From an uncultured Alphaproteobacteria bacterium (GTDB lineage Bacteria > Pseudomonadota > Alphaproteobacteria > Acetobacterales > Acetobacteraceae): a DNA stretch of 64,000 bases. The notes beneath the pieces are model-generated. The model did no database searches and was not told where the DNA came from. It was given only the letters and a program-made list of their open reading frames with translations. The stretch is taken from assembly GCA_963750235.1 (NCBI GenBank), contig CAVVPW010000001.1, forward strand, positions 105,405 to 169,404, given 5' to 3'. Shown piece by piece: positions 1 to 10,961 of this stretch. The stretch's first letter is position 1, and each line of letters starts with the position of its first letter. The translations under genes were made by a program, and so were the position numbers.

Positions 1-58
1 GTTCAACGCACGGTGAAGGGGGCTGCTTTCCTGCGCGAAACGCGGCATATTATGGCTG

Positions 59-757
59 ATGCCCTTGCCGCCAACAAAACCGAAGCCGCCAGCCGCCGCG
101 CCGCGGCATAAGCTCAACATGAACCGCCGCCTCACGCTGGCGGCATTGCTACTGGGATTTGGTCTCGCCACCCCCGCGGTGGCGCAGACCGCCCCCATGC
201 AACTCAGTGCGGCAGACCAGAGCCTGATCTCCCAGGTTCAGGACTATCTCAACGACCAGAAGGGCCTGACGGCGAACTTCCTGCAGGTCGCCTGGGATGG
301 TTCGACCCGTACGGGCAAGGCTTGGCTGCAACGCCCCGGGCGAATGCGGTTCGAATACGACCCGCCCGACCCGGAACTGCTCGTCGCAGGCTACGGTGTG
401 CTCGTCTATCACGACCCCGCATTGAACCAGACGACGTACATCCCGCTAGGCAGCACCCCTCTTGGCATCCTCCTGGCTGATCATGTCGATCTGACCTCCG
501 CCGATGTCGCCGTCACTGCCATCGACCGCGAGCCCGGCGAATACGACATCACCCTGATCCGCAAAGACAAGGCTGCCCAGGGTACGCTGACCCTGGTGTT
601 CGGCACCAACCCCCTGGAACTTCGCCAGTGGGTGGTTACTGACGCACAGGGCAAGCAAACCCGCGTGAGTCTCTACGACGTGCTGCCCGGCGGGCCGTAT
701 CCTGCCTCGCTGTTCCAGTACTCGCGCGCCCCCGCCACGGGACGCACCAAGGGGTAG
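59..757 (+). CDS. lolA: Outer-membrane lipoprotein carrier protein LolA family
   Basis: Signal-peptide-like N-terminus; LolA-family motif G..WLQRPGRMRFEYDPP; ELRQWVVTDAQG; adjacent to xth as is common in alphaproteobacteria. Confidence 0.85.
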   Translation: MPLPPTKPKPPAAAPRHKLNMNRRLTLAALLLGFGLATPAVAQTAPMQLSAADQSLISQVQDYLNDQKGLTANFLQVAWDGSTRTGKAWLQRPGRMRFEYDPPDPELLVAGYGVLVYHDPALNQTTYIPLGSTPLGILLADHVDLTSADVAVTAIDREPGEYDITLIRKDKAAQGTLTLVFGTNPLELRQWVVTDAQGKQTRVSLYDVLPGGPYPASLFQYSRAPATGRTKG

Positions 758-788
758 TTTTTCCTCGCCGCTGCTGTAGGAAGGGGCG

Positions 789-1589
789 ATGCAACTCACC
801 ATCGCCACCTGGAACATCAACTCCCTGCGCCTGCGCCAGGCCCATCTGCACAAGCTCGTCGCCGAACTCTCGCCGGACATCATCTGCCTGCAGGAGACCA
901 AGGTGCCGGACGAGTTGTTCCCCGAGGGCATCGCCGCCGCCATCGGCTTCCCCCATGTGCTCAAGCGCGGCATGAAGAGCTATAACGGGGTGGCCATCCT
1001 CTCCCGCCTGCCGCTCACGCTCGCTGAAGACACGCCTGACTGGTGCGGCAAGAATGACTGCCGACACCTCTCCGCCCAGGTGGAGACCGGCGGCGCGCCG
1101 CTCACCGTGCATAATTTCTACGTACCCGCGGGTGGCGACATCCCCGATCGCGCGCAGAACGAGAAATTCGCCCATAAGCTCGACTTTCTGGCCGAAACAA
1201 CGGCGCATTTCGCAGCCTATCCGCCGCACCGGGCGGTGCTGGTGGGCGACCTCAACATCGCGCCCTTAGAGCACGACGTGTGGAGCCACAAGCAGCTGCT
1301 CGATGTCGTCAGCCACACGCCGGTGGAGGTGGAAGGGCTGAACGCCTGGATGGCACAGGGCTGGCACGACGCGATGCGCCATTTCGTGCCCGCGGCGCAG
1401 AAGCTTTATACGTGGTGGTCCTACCGCAACCGGGACTGGGCGGCCTCCGACCGCGGGCGCCGGCTGGACCATGTATGGGTGACAAAAGACCTAGCCGCTG
1501 GGCTGGAAAGCTGTAAAATTTTGCGCGCGGCGCGGGATTGGGAGCAACCCTCGGACCACGTGCCGGTGGCGGTGACGCTGAAAGTTTAA
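789..1589 (+). CDS. xth: Exodeoxyribonuclease III (AP endonuclease)
   Basis: IATWNINS, CLQETK, YNGVAILS, GDLNIAP, RRLDH and SDHVPV motifs. Confidence 0.95.
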   Translation: MQLTIATWNINSLRLRQAHLHKLVAELSPDIICLQETKVPDELFPEGIAAAIGFPHVLKRGMKSYNGVAILSRLPLTLAEDTPDWCGKNDCRHLSAQVETGGAPLTVHNFYVPAGGDIPDRAQNEKFAHKLDFLAETTAHFAAYPPHRAVLVGDLNIAPLEHDVWSHKQLLDVVSHTPVEVEGLNAWMAQGWHDAMRHFVPAAQKLYTWWSYRNRDWAASDRGRRLDHVWVTKDLAAGLESCKILRAARDWEQPSDHVPVAVTLKV

Positions 1590-1646
1590 TCCCCCGCCAT
1601 CACCGCGTTGTGCTAAAGGCCGCAGAAAACGCGTGGGGAATCCGTC

Positions 1647-1670
1647 ATGCAAATCAATCCGTATCTGCAG
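1647..1670 (+). pseudogene. VOC/PhnB-family (glyoxalase-like) gene, 5' fragment MQINPYLQ, interrupted by IS21
   Basis: ATG at 1647 reads MQINPYLQ; removing 1671-4446 joins it in frame to FSGNCAEALKFYETALGA. Confidence 0.85.
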
Positions 1671-1893
1671 TGTAGCGCGACGATTAGGGAGGCCGGTCGG
1701 CGGCGATTATGATGGCCGGTATACGGCGGCGCCGAGTGGTGCATTTTGGCTATCACGCGCCTGCGATTTTGGCAACAACCCAGCGACAATGACGCGGAGT
1801 TGTAATTGTCGCTGAGCGACGCAGTGAGCCGGTTCGATCTGGCCGCGAAGGTTGCCCGGATAATTGTCGCCAGCGACGTTTATCCAGCGACAA

Positions 1894-2718
1894 TTATGAT
1901 GGCCGGTCGTGCGGCGCCTCGTGCGGGTAATTGTCGCTGGGGCTTTCCTTGGCGGAGACGCGGGCAACGGCGGAGCGCTTGCGGTAACTCTCGCCGTTCA
2001 TCTCGATGATGGTGGAGTGGTGAACAAGGCGGTCAATGGCCGCGACCGTCATTGCGGGATCTGGGAAGACGTCGGACCAGGCCGAGAATGGCTGGTTGGC
2101 GGTGATGGCGATAGAGTGGCGCTCGTAGCGATGGGCGATGAGTTCGAACAGGGCGCTGGTCTCGATCTGGTCTTTGCGGACGTAGGACAGGTCGTCGAGG
2201 ACGATGAGATCGTATTTGTCGAGCTTGTCGAGCATCGAGGACAGGCTGAGTTCGCGACGGGCGGTCTGGAGCTTTTGGACCATGTCGGTGGTGGTGCAGA
2301 ACAGGACGCGGCGCCCGGTATCGATCAGGGCGTGGCTGATGGCGGCGATGGCGTGGCTCTTCCCGGTGCCAGATTGGCCGAAGATGAGGAGATTGCCGCC
2401 GCTGTCGATCCAGCCATCACCTGTGGCTAGGGCAAGCAGGTGAGGCTTACGGATGCCGGGAGCGGCGGCGAAGTCGAAAGTGGCGAAGGTTTTCCCGGCC
2501 GGCAGGCCGGACTGGTCGCGATGACGCTGGATGCGCCGCGATGTGCGCTCGGCCATCTCGATCTCGAGCAGCGAGGCGAGCAGGTGGGCCGCGGGCCAGC
2601 CATCGCGATCGGCAGTTTCGGTGAGACGCTTCCAGTTGCGGTTGATGCTGGGCAGGCGCAGCGCCGTCAGCATGGTGGGCAGCACGGCGGCGGCCTGATC
2701 GTTGGATCTGGTCATCAC
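1894..2718 (-). CDS. istB: IS21 helper AAA+ ATPase IstB
   Basis: Walker A GQSGTGKSH, Walker B LIVLDD, AIDRLVHH; 4-bp overlap with istA stop. Confidence 0.95.
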   Translation of the reverse strand: MMTRSNDQAAAVLPTMLTALRLPSINRNWKRLTETADRDGWPAAHLLASLLEIEMAERTSRRIQRHRDQSGLPAGKTFATFDFAAAPGIRKPHLLALATGDGWIDSGGNLLIFGQSGTGKSHAIAAISHALIDTGRRVLFCTTTDMVQKLQTARRELSLSSMLDKLDKYDLIVLDDLSYVRKDQIETSALFELIAHRYERHSIAITANQPFSAWSDVFPDPAMTVAAIDRLVHHSTIIEMNGESYRKRSAVARVSAKESPSDNYPHEAPHDRPS

Positions 2719-4223
2719 TGCACCTGCGTGCTGGCGAGCAGGCAGTTGTATGCTCTGGAATTGGGCGGCGGGATCGTGACATCGTCACGGGCCCTGGCGG
2801 TGGGCAGAAACGCGCGCCTCAGTTCGGCGATATCGGGAAGCCCGCCTCCATCGAGCGCGGCCTCGATCCGCAGGCCCAGCGCGTCGACGCAATTGCCGTT
2901 GGCGGCGATATCGAGAAGCGCGACCATGTCACGACAGGCCTGTCGGGCATCGAGTGCGGCATCGAGCGCCTGCCATGCCCGCAGATAGGCATGGGTGGGG
3001 AACAGGGCGTCGCGGTAGACCAGATAGCGCAAGGCGCCAGGCTTGCGCCGCAGGTTGCCGACGACGTGCCGGAAATCGATGCTGTGCCCGCGTCCGGGAT
3101 GCTTGATGCGGACCCGGGTGGTGGTCATTACCCGGTCGGGCCCGAGGAAGAGCTCGATGCGCTCGTCATGGAGATGGGCGTGGAGGCGGTGGCCGATAAG
3201 GCGTGAGGGCACCGAATAGGTGACCCGATCAATGCTGACGGTGCCGTTGCGGGTGACGTCAGCGCTGACCAGCGTGAAGTCTGTGGTCCGCCGCGGCGGC
3301 AACGGCCCCAGCAAACGCCGTTCCTCGTCCACGAGCGCGGTCCGGCGTCGGTTCTGCTTGGCAACATCCTCCTCGACGAAACGGCGATAGTCTTCGACGC
3401 TGGCGAAATCGCGGCTGCCCCGGCGGCGTAGAGCCTGGTCGAGCCGCCGCTTGAGGTGACCGTTGGGGCTTTCGATCGAGCCGTTCTCATGGGCTTCGCC
3501 GCGGTTGTTACGGGTGGCGCGCATGCCGTAATGTCGGCACAGATCTTCGTAGCTGCGGGTGAAATCACGCTGGGCGTCAGCGTCGAGGTTCTTGTAGGCG
3601 GCCGAGAGCGAGTCACTGCGGTGTTCCGCCGGCACGCCGCCCAGCTTCCACAGCGCATCCTGCAGATGTTCGGACAGGGCGCTGAAGCTCTCACCCCCCA
3701 GAACAAGGGCGGCATGTTCCCAGCCACTGCAAGCCAGGCGAAAATGAAAGAGGCGATGGTCGAAGCGCTTGCCGGCCATGGTGACGCGCAGTTCGTCGCA
3801 GACGGTAAAGTCCGACAGGCCCTGTCGGCCGATCTGGTGATGCTGGGGGAAGAAGACCTCCTTCTCGCCGCCGTTCAGCGCCCGCCAGCGGGCGATCCGG
3901 CGTTCGAGGGTGCGCCTCACCCCGTCAGGGACAACGGCCTCCCCGAACTCGTCCTGCACAGTCTCGAAGATGGTGACGGCAAGGATGCCCTCGATCTTGA
4001 GCAGCTCTTCCACGCGCGACCACACCTGTTCGAGGGGGTCCTGACGGGTTCGCCAGTGGCGCTCGAGCTTCTTCTTCTGGGATGGCAGGCGGGGATCTTT
4101 GTCGATCCGACGTGCGCTGCGTTCGCTGATGCCGGCCTTGGCGGCCGCGACGGTCTGGCTGTGTTGACGACGCTGAACCATATAGAGAAATACCTGTTGA
4201 TCAGAAATGTGGTGCCCAGGCAT
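2715..4223 (-). CDS. istA: IS21 DDE transposase IstA
   Basis: GRQGLSDFT, HRSDSLSAA, NGSIESPNGHLK, YSVPSRLIG motifs; intact 502 aa. Confidence 0.95.
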   Translation of the reverse strand: MPGHHISDQQVFLYMVQRRQHSQTVAAAKAGISERSARRIDKDPRLPSQKKKLERHWRTRQDPLEQVWSRVEELLKIEGILAVTIFETVQDEFGEAVVPDGVRRTLERRIARWRALNGGEKEVFFPQHHQIGRQGLSDFTVCDELRVTMAGKRFDHRLFHFRLACSGWEHAALVLGGESFSALSEHLQDALWKLGGVPAEHRSDSLSAAYKNLDADAQRDFTRSYEDLCRHYGMRATRNNRGEAHENGSIESPNGHLKRRLDQALRRRGSRDFASVEDYRRFVEEDVAKQNRRRTALVDEERRLLGPLPPRRTTDFTLVSADVTRNGTVSIDRVTYSVPSRLIGHRLHAHLHDERIELFLGPDRVMTTTRVRIKHPGRGHSIDFRHVVGNLRRKPGALRYLVYRDALFPTHAYLRAWQALDAALDARQACRDMVALLDIAANGNCVDALGLRIEAALDGGGLPDIAELRRAFLPTARARDDVTIPPPNSRAYNCLLASTQVQ

Positions 4224-4320
4224 CGGAACCCATCGTTGCTATGTTCGATAGCCGTTCCAATACCACCACCCGCCGCAGCCCGATCAGAGCCCCCAATCAG
4301 AGGGGCTTTGAAGATAGCCG

Positions 4321-4385
4321 TCGCCCGTCAGGCCCGCTCTACGGTCGGGGCTTCGCCCCTCCCTGCGAGCGGGCCTGACGGGCGA
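4321..4385. repeat. Perfect 19-bp inverted repeat enclosing a GGGG-CTTCG-CCCC hairpin in the IS leader
   Basis: TCGCCCGTCAGGCCCGCTC (4321-4339) and GAGCGGGCCTGACGGGCGA (4367-4385) are exact reverse complements. Confidence 0.85.
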
Positions 4386-4440
4386 GCATACCGGCCATCA
4401 TAGTTGTCGCTCAACCGGCCATCGTAATCGTCGCCGCGCA

Positions 4441-4818
4441 CTGCAGTTTTCCGGCAATTGCGCCGAGGCGCTGAAATTCTACGAAACCGCACTCGGCGCC
4501 AATGTGGCTTTCCGCATGACGTTCGGCGAGGCGCCGGAGGCGCCACCGCCGGGCTGGGCGGACAAAATCATGCATGCAAGCTTCACCATCCAGGGCTCTC
4601 CGCTCATGGCCTCGGACACGCCGCCCGGCTTTTACCAAAAGCCAGCCGGGTTCCGTGTCTCCATAAGCCTGACCGAACCAGAAACGGCGCAAGCCTGGTT
4701 CAACGCGCTGGCGGAGGGCGGCAGCGTGGAGATGCCCCTGCAGAAGACGTTCTGGGCGGTGCTGTTCGGCATGGTAACGGACCGTTTCGGCATACCCTGG
4801 ATGATCAACTGCGGATAA
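4441..4818 (+). pseudogene. VOC/PhnB-family gene, 3' fragment
   Basis: LQFSGNCAEALKFY...IMHASFTI...FWAVLFGMVTDRFGIPWMIN, typical of PhnB-like proteins; native start removed by the IS. Confidence 0.85.
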
Positions 4819-4868
4819 GCGGCGAGTCGCAAGCCGTGTAGGGCTTGGCGGCGTTGACCGGCTAAGGC

Positions 4869-5432
4869 TTACCCAGCCTCGGTCGGCAGTTGAACCTGCC
4901 AGCCCCATTCTTCCGGCATACACAGCATCGGCACGGCATTCGGGGTAAGCCCCTGCTTCGGCAGCCCCATAAGGTCCCGCAGGGCGCGGAAAATGCCCCC
5001 ATGCGAAACAATCAGAATCGGCCCCTGCGCCGTGGAGAGAACGCGCTCCATGGCCTCTTCCACGCGCACCAGCACCTCGAAGAACGTTTCCGCCCCCTCC
5101 GGCGTATAGTTCCCTTCCAGCCATTCGCTGAACCAGGGGTAAAGCGGCTTGCCTTCCAGGCCGCCGAAGACCACCTCGCGCAGCCCGGGCTCCAACTCCA
5201 CCCGCAAATTCAGGAACTCGTTGAGGATGGTCGCGGTCTCGCGCGTACGCAACAGGGGCGAGCAGATGATCGTGGCAATCCCCTGCCCTGCCAGAAAGGG
5301 CCCTGCGGCTGCGGCCTGGGCCCGGCCCGTGGCGTTCAGCGAGACATCCAGCGCGCCATGGCTCAGGCCACCGGCGTTATAATCGGTTTCTCCGTGGCGA
5401 AGGAACCAGAACGGAACCCGCGGCAGCGCCAA
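4869..5432 (-). CDS. Histidine phosphatase (phosphoglycerate mutase) family protein
   Basis: RHGET catalytic motif, SPLLRTRETA, VSHGG; TTG start. Confidence 0.85.
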   Translation of the reverse strand: MALPRVPFWFLRHGETDYNAGGLSHGALDVSLNATGRAQAAAAGPFLAGQGIATIICSPLLRTRETATILNEFLNLRVELEPGLREVVFGGLEGKPLYPWFSEWLEGNYTPEGAETFFEVLVRVEEAMERVLSTAQGPILIVSHGGIFRALRDLMGLPKQGLTPNAVPMLCMPEEWGWQVQLPTEAG

Positions 5433-5436
5433 AGAC

Positions 5437-6051
5437 TTAGGCCAGACCTTCGGCGGAAAGTGCGCGCTGCACGGCCGGACGGGCGCGCATGCGCTCGAAA
5501 TGCGCGATCACGTTCTCGGGCATCGGCAGCTTGATACGGCCAGCCCAGCATTCCAGGAAGAACAGCGCTGCATCTGCGATGCTGTAATCGCCCATCAGAT
5601 AAGCCTTGGCACCCAGCGCATGGCCAAGCACCTTCAGCCCCTCAGCCGCGATGTCCCGCCCGGTCTGCAACACCGCCGGCTCGTCCGCCGTGGTCGGGGT
5701 GAAGGCGCTGGGGCGGAATATGCGGGTGAAGCCGCGCATATGCACGGTAGAGATCATGTAATCCAGCAGTTCCAGCGTCCGGACTTCGCCTTCCACATCC
5801 TCCGGCAGCAGGCCCAGCTCTGGGTGCATCTTCGCCAGATACCAGGCAATCGCCGGCCACTCCGTCAGCAGAGTTCCGTCGTCGCGTAGCAGCGCTGGCA
5901 CCTTCGACTTCGGATTAATCGAGACGTATTCGTGCTTGTATTGCGCGCCGCTGTGCAGGTCGACCAGCGCCAACTCGTAGGGCTTACCAATCTCCTCCAG
6001 CAGAACATGGGTGCCAAGTGAGCAGGCGCCAGGAGAATAGAAGAGCTTCAT
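5437..6051 (-). CDS. Glutathione S-transferase
   Basis: MKLFYSPGACSL, INPKSKVPAL, YSIADAALF, ARPAVQRAL. Confidence 0.92.
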   Translation of the reverse strand: MKLFYSPGACSLGTHVLLEEIGKPYELALVDLHSGAQYKHEYVSINPKSKVPALLRDDGTLLTEWPAIAWYLAKMHPELGLLPEDVEGEVRTLELLDYMISTVHMRGFTRIFRPSAFTPTTADEPAVLQTGRDIAAEGLKVLGHALGAKAYLMGDYSIADAALFFLECWAGRIKLPMPENVIAHFERMRARPAVQRALSAEGLA

Positions 6052-6068
6052 CGCGTTTCCCTTATTTC

Positions 6069-7001
6069 TTAGTCGAACAGCGAGCTAACCGAGCTCTCGG
6101 TAGAAATGCGGCGCATCGCCTCGGCCAGCAAGGGGGCGATGGAAAGCTGGCGGATGTTATGCGCGAGGCGCACCGCCTCCGTCGCCGCAATCGAGTCGGT
6201 GATCGTCATCATCTCGATCGGCGAAGCCGCGATACGCGCCACCGCCCCGCCGGAGAGCACGCCGTGCGAGACATAGACCTGCACGGACTTGGCGCCATTG
6301 GCTAGCAGCGCCTCGGCAGCGTTGCACAGCGTGCCGCCGGAGTCGCAGATATCGTCGATGATGATACAGTCGCGTCCCTCAACCTCACCGATGATGTTCA
6401 TCACCTCGGACACGCCGGCGCGCTCGCGGCGCTTGTCGATGATGGCAAGATCGGTGTTCAGGCGCCGGGCGATGATGCGGGCGCGCAGCACGCCGCCGAC
6501 GTCCGGGGAGACGATCATCGGCTCACGCCCGGCGAAACGCTCCTCGATATCGCGCGCAAAAAGCGGGGCGGCGGGCAGATTGTCCACCGGGATGTCGAAG
6601 AAACCCTGGATCTGCCCAGCATGGAGATCCATCGTCAGCACGCGGTTGGCACCGGCTTCGGTGATGAGGTTCGCCACCAGCTTGGCCGAAATCGGCGTGC
6701 GCGGGCCGGACTTACGGTCCTGGCGGGCATAGCCGAAATATGGAATCACCGGGGTGATACGCCGCGCGGAGCCGCGCCGCAGCGCGTCCAGCGTGATCAG
6801 CAGCTCCATCAGGTTGTCATTTGTGGGGTAGGACGTGCTCTGAACGACGAACACATCCTCGCCGCGGACGTTTTCATGGATTTCCACGAACACTTCCATG
6901 TCGGCGAAGCGCCGGATGGAGGCCTTCGCCAGCGGCAGGTTCAAACCGGCGGCGACAGCTTCGGCCAGTGGGCGGTTGCTGTTGCAGGCGACAATTTTCA
7001 T
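6069..7001 (-). CDS. prs: Ribose-phosphate pyrophosphokinase
   Basis: [40 protein letters not shown]. Confidence 0.97.
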   Translation of the reverse strand: MKIVACNSNRPLAEAVAAGLNLPLAKASIRRFADMEVFVEIHENVRGEDVFVVQSTSYPTNDNLMELLITLDALRRGSARRITPVIPYFGYARQDRKSGPRTPISAKLVANLITEAGANRVLTMDLHAGQIQGFFDIPVDNLPAAPLFARDIEERFAGREPMIVSPDVGGVLRARIIARRLNTDLAIIDKRRERAGVSEVMNIIGEVEGRDCIIIDDICDSGGTLCNAAEALLANGAKSVQVYVSHGVLSGGAVARIAASPIEMMTITDSIAATEAVRLAHNIRQLSIAPLLAEAMRRISTESSVSSLFD

Positions 7002-7064
7002 GCTGGCTCTTCCCGGTTCAAGTCTGGTCGGGCGCGGTGTAGCAATCAGGTCCCACCTTGTAAA

Positions 7065-7871
7065 TTAAGCAGAGAGCTCCCGTGACCGTTCGGTGGCAGC
7101 TTGAATGGCTTCGCGGAAAGTTTTTGGCCAAGCGTCATCCGCGCGCAACACTGCCAGGGCGCGCTCGGTTGTGCCCTTGGGCGAGGTAACCGCAATCCGG
7201 AGTTGAGCCGCATCCTCGTCCGACGCGGCGAGCAGCGCCGCGGAGCCGATCACCGTCTGCCGGGCCATCTGCCGCGCCAGCGCCGGGGGCAGTCCCTGGT
7301 CCAGCGCCGCCTGCTCCATCAACTCTGTGAGCAGGAAAACATAAGCCGGGCCGCCGCCGGAAATGGCGGTCACGGGGTCGAGCAGCGCCTCATCCTCCAC
7401 CCAGGCGATATCGCCGGTGGCGCCGAGCAGCGTGTCCGCCAGGGCCTTCTGCCCCGGCGTTACCTCGGCGGCAGCGTACGCAACGGTAATACCTTTGCGC
7501 ACGGCGGCCGGGGTGTTCGGCATGGCGCGCACGATCGCCGCCGGGGCGTTGAGCATCTGGGTCACGGCCTGCACGGTCTTGCCTGCCATGATCGAAATGA
7601 ATACCGCGCCCCCCGCGAACCGGGCATAGGCGGGCAGCGCCTCGGCCGCCGATTGCGGCTTCACCGCCAGCACCACCGCTTCAGGCATGAACCCGGCGGG
7701 AATCGCCGCCGCATCCGCCACCACGGTAACATTCGGGCCGGCGAGCTTGGCAGCCTCGGCAGACGGGTCCACAACGATTGCCTGCGAGAGGCCGCGTTCG
7801 AGCCAACCAGTGAGCATGGCGCTGCCCATGCGGCCACCGCCGACGAGCAGGAGAGAAGGTAGTGCAGTCAT
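7065..7871 (-). CDS. proC: Pyrroline-5-carboxylate reductase
   Basis: GGGRMG, VLAVKPQ, RAMPNTP, TAISGGGPAY, VTSPKGTT; start refined to ATG 7871. Confidence 0.95.
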   Translation of the reverse strand: MTALPSLLLVGGGRMGSAMLTGWLERGLSQAIVVDPSAEAAKLAGPNVTVVADAAAIPAGFMPEAVVLAVKPQSAAEALPAYARFAGGAVFISIMAGKTVQAVTQMLNAPAAIVRAMPNTPAAVRKGITVAYAAAEVTPGQKALADTLLGATGDIAWVEDEALLDPVTAISGGGPAYVFLLTELMEQAALDQGLPPALARQMARQTVIGSAALLAASDEDAAQLRIAVTSPKGTTERALAVLRADDAWPKTFREAIQAATERSRELSA

Positions 7872-7884
7872 GCGTGGCGTTATG

Positions 7885-8391
7885 TCACGCTTCGCCGGCG
7901 CACTCCAGCATGGCTGCGTCCAGCGCCTCGTCCGAGCTCTTGCCGCCCCAGAGCACAAACTGGAAGGCCGGGAAGAAGCGCTCGCACTCGGTAACAGCGA
8001 TATCGATCAGATCCTCGACCAATTCCGCCGAACCCGAGACGCCGCGCAACAGCACCGAATGGCGGTACACCGGCATGCCGGTTTCCTCATCCATGCCGAA
8101 ATGCCCAATCCAGAGCCGCTCATTCGCTTTCGCCAACAGCTCGTAGATCGCGCCACGCTGCTTGGCCGGCGCTTTCATATCGAAGGCGCAAGAAAAATGC
8201 ATGACCGAGATTTCGTCGGACCAGCAGAAGAACAGGCCGTAATCGCACCATTTTCCATTGGCTTCCGCGGCCAGCTCCGAGTCGGAGCGGCGATCGAACA
8301 TCCAGTCATTCCCTGAGACCACCTGCTCAACCAGATCAAGCGGGTTCGAGACCGTGGCGGTATCGTCTTCGTGGAGGGCGAGGCTCGTCAT
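7885..8391 (-). CDS. YbjN-domain (chaperone-like) protein
   Basis: NPLDLVEQV, WCDY, NERLWIGHF, ECERFFPAFQFVLW; usual proC neighbour in alphaproteobacteria; start refined to ATG 8391. Confidence 0.8.
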   Translation of the reverse strand: MTSLALHEDDTATVSNPLDLVEQVVSGNDWMFDRRSDSELAAEANGKWCDYGLFFCWSDEISVMHFSCAFDMKAPAKQRGAIYELLAKANERLWIGHFGMDEETGMPVYRHSVLLRGVSGSAELVEDLIDIAVTECERFFPAFQFVLWGGKSSDEALDAAMLECAGEA

Positions 8392-8749
8392 GCACAAGTC
8401 TCCTTGCAGCCAGATGTGCCGGGTGAGACGTATCTGGGGGTTTTTCGTGCCGCCGCCAGTGTTTCTCCCCACGACTCTAAGTCTATGCGGATTCCATGAC
8501 GCGGTGCAACGAAAAGGTTATCTGGGTGCCAGAGCGAGTGGAGCCTAAGCAACGCCCCTTCCCGGCGCAATTGGCGGGCAGCAGCCCCCGCGCCACAAGA
8601 ACTAACCCGGAGTTTGCAATGTTTTTTGCCGCCCCGTAACAGGCCGTTACCTTCCCCCGCTGCATTTCCGCCCAATTTCGTGCTATAGCGGCGGGGCATG
8701 GATATTCGTCCGCCCACGCCCCATATGCGGCGTGGATACAGGAGTTCTT

Positions 8750-9475
8750 ATGAACAAAGTCTTTCTCGCCCCCCTCGCGTTGCTTAGCGCGCTGCTGCTC
8801 GGCCCCGCCGCGCAGGCGCAAACCCCGCGCGATATCCAGACCATGATCGCCAACGGCCAGGAGACCCAGGCCGTGGGGGCGCTGAACAACGTGCTGGCGC
8901 AGCACCCGCAGAGCGGCGTGGCCTGGTATCTGCTGGCCGAGGCGCAGGACGCCCAGGGCAACGAGACCGCCGCCGCCCAGGCGCTGAACAAGGCCCAGCA
9001 GATCGCCCCCGGCCTGCCCTTCGCTAACCAGCAGGAGGCCGCGGCGCTGCAGGCGCATATCTCCGCAGCACCTGTCCGGCAGCATGGCAGCGGCATCAGC
9101 CCGGCCATCATGGTTATCGGCGGGCTCGTCCTGCTGTTCGTGGTGCTGCGCATGTTCGGCCGCCGCCGCGCCGTCTATCCCGGCTACGGCGCCCCTGGCG
9201 GCATGCCCGGCGCGCCCATGGGCTACGGCGCGCCCAATTACGGGCCGGGCGGCGGGTTCGGTGGTGGCGGGCTGGGCAGTTCGCTGCTCTCAGGCCTTGC
9301 CGCGGGCGCCGGCTTCGCCGCGGGTGAGCGCATCATCGACGATCTCACCAACCGGGGCGAAGCCCGCGCTAACACGCCGAACTTCCCAGACAACAGCCGT
9401 GATGACGGGCTGCTCGGCAATCCGGGCTGGGACAATTCCAGCGATGACGACCTGAACAACAACAGCTGGTCGTAA
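8750..9475 (+). CDS. Exported TPR-domain membrane protein with Gly/Pro-rich C-terminal tail
   Basis: AGGAG RBS before ATG 8750; signal peptide; TPR-like AWYLLAEAQDAQG; TM segment AIMVIGGLVLLFVVL. Confidence 0.7.
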   Translation: MNKVFLAPLALLSALLLGPAAQAQTPRDIQTMIANGQETQAVGALNNVLAQHPQSGVAWYLLAEAQDAQGNETAAAQALNKAQQIAPGLPFANQQEAAALQAHISAAPVRQHGSGISPAIMVIGGLVLLFVVLRMFGRRRAVYPGYGAPGGMPGAPMGYGAPNYGPGGGFGGGGLGSSLLSGLAAGAGFAAGERIIDDLTNRGEARANTPNFPDNSRDDGLLGNPGWDNSSDDDLNNNSWS

Positions 9476-9479
9476 AAAC

Positions 9480-9515
9480 AAAAAACCCCGGCAGTTTAAA
9501 CTGCCGGGGTTTTTT
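9480..9515. terminator. Bidirectional intrinsic terminator
   Basis: A-tract-CCCCGGCAGTTT/AAACTGCCGGGG-T-tract palindrome between convergent genes; coordinates approximate to 1-2 nt. Confidence 0.85.
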
Positions 9516-9527
9516 AGGCGTCGTCTC

Positions 9528-10826
<1,299 letters not shown>

Positions 10827-10961
10827 TTATGCCGCGCGAGTAGACCAGCGGCAGGGTTGAGGCAAGTTCCATGGCGCCCCCTGGCCGCGCCGGTTGCCAT
10901 TCTCCATATAGAGCGATAACCCGACAGCCAGTTTCCCCGACCACCACGCCAGGACGCAACC

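Larger units (their letters stand above)
1671..4440 (-). mobile_element. Complete IS21-family insertion sequence (2770 bp)
   Basis: TG...CA ends; imperfect terminal IRs (TGTAGCGCGACGATTAGGGAGGCCGGT vs TGCGCGGCGACGATTACGATGGCCGGT); CTGCAG direct repeat at 1665-1670 and 4441-4446; istA-istB pair. Confidence 0.95.

Noticed and set aside
4400-4440. Outward-facing IS promoter that could rescue the VOC 3' fragment
   Set aside because: The TTGTCG and CGTAAT hexamers are too close for sigma-70 spacing, and the fragment lacks the first beta-strand.
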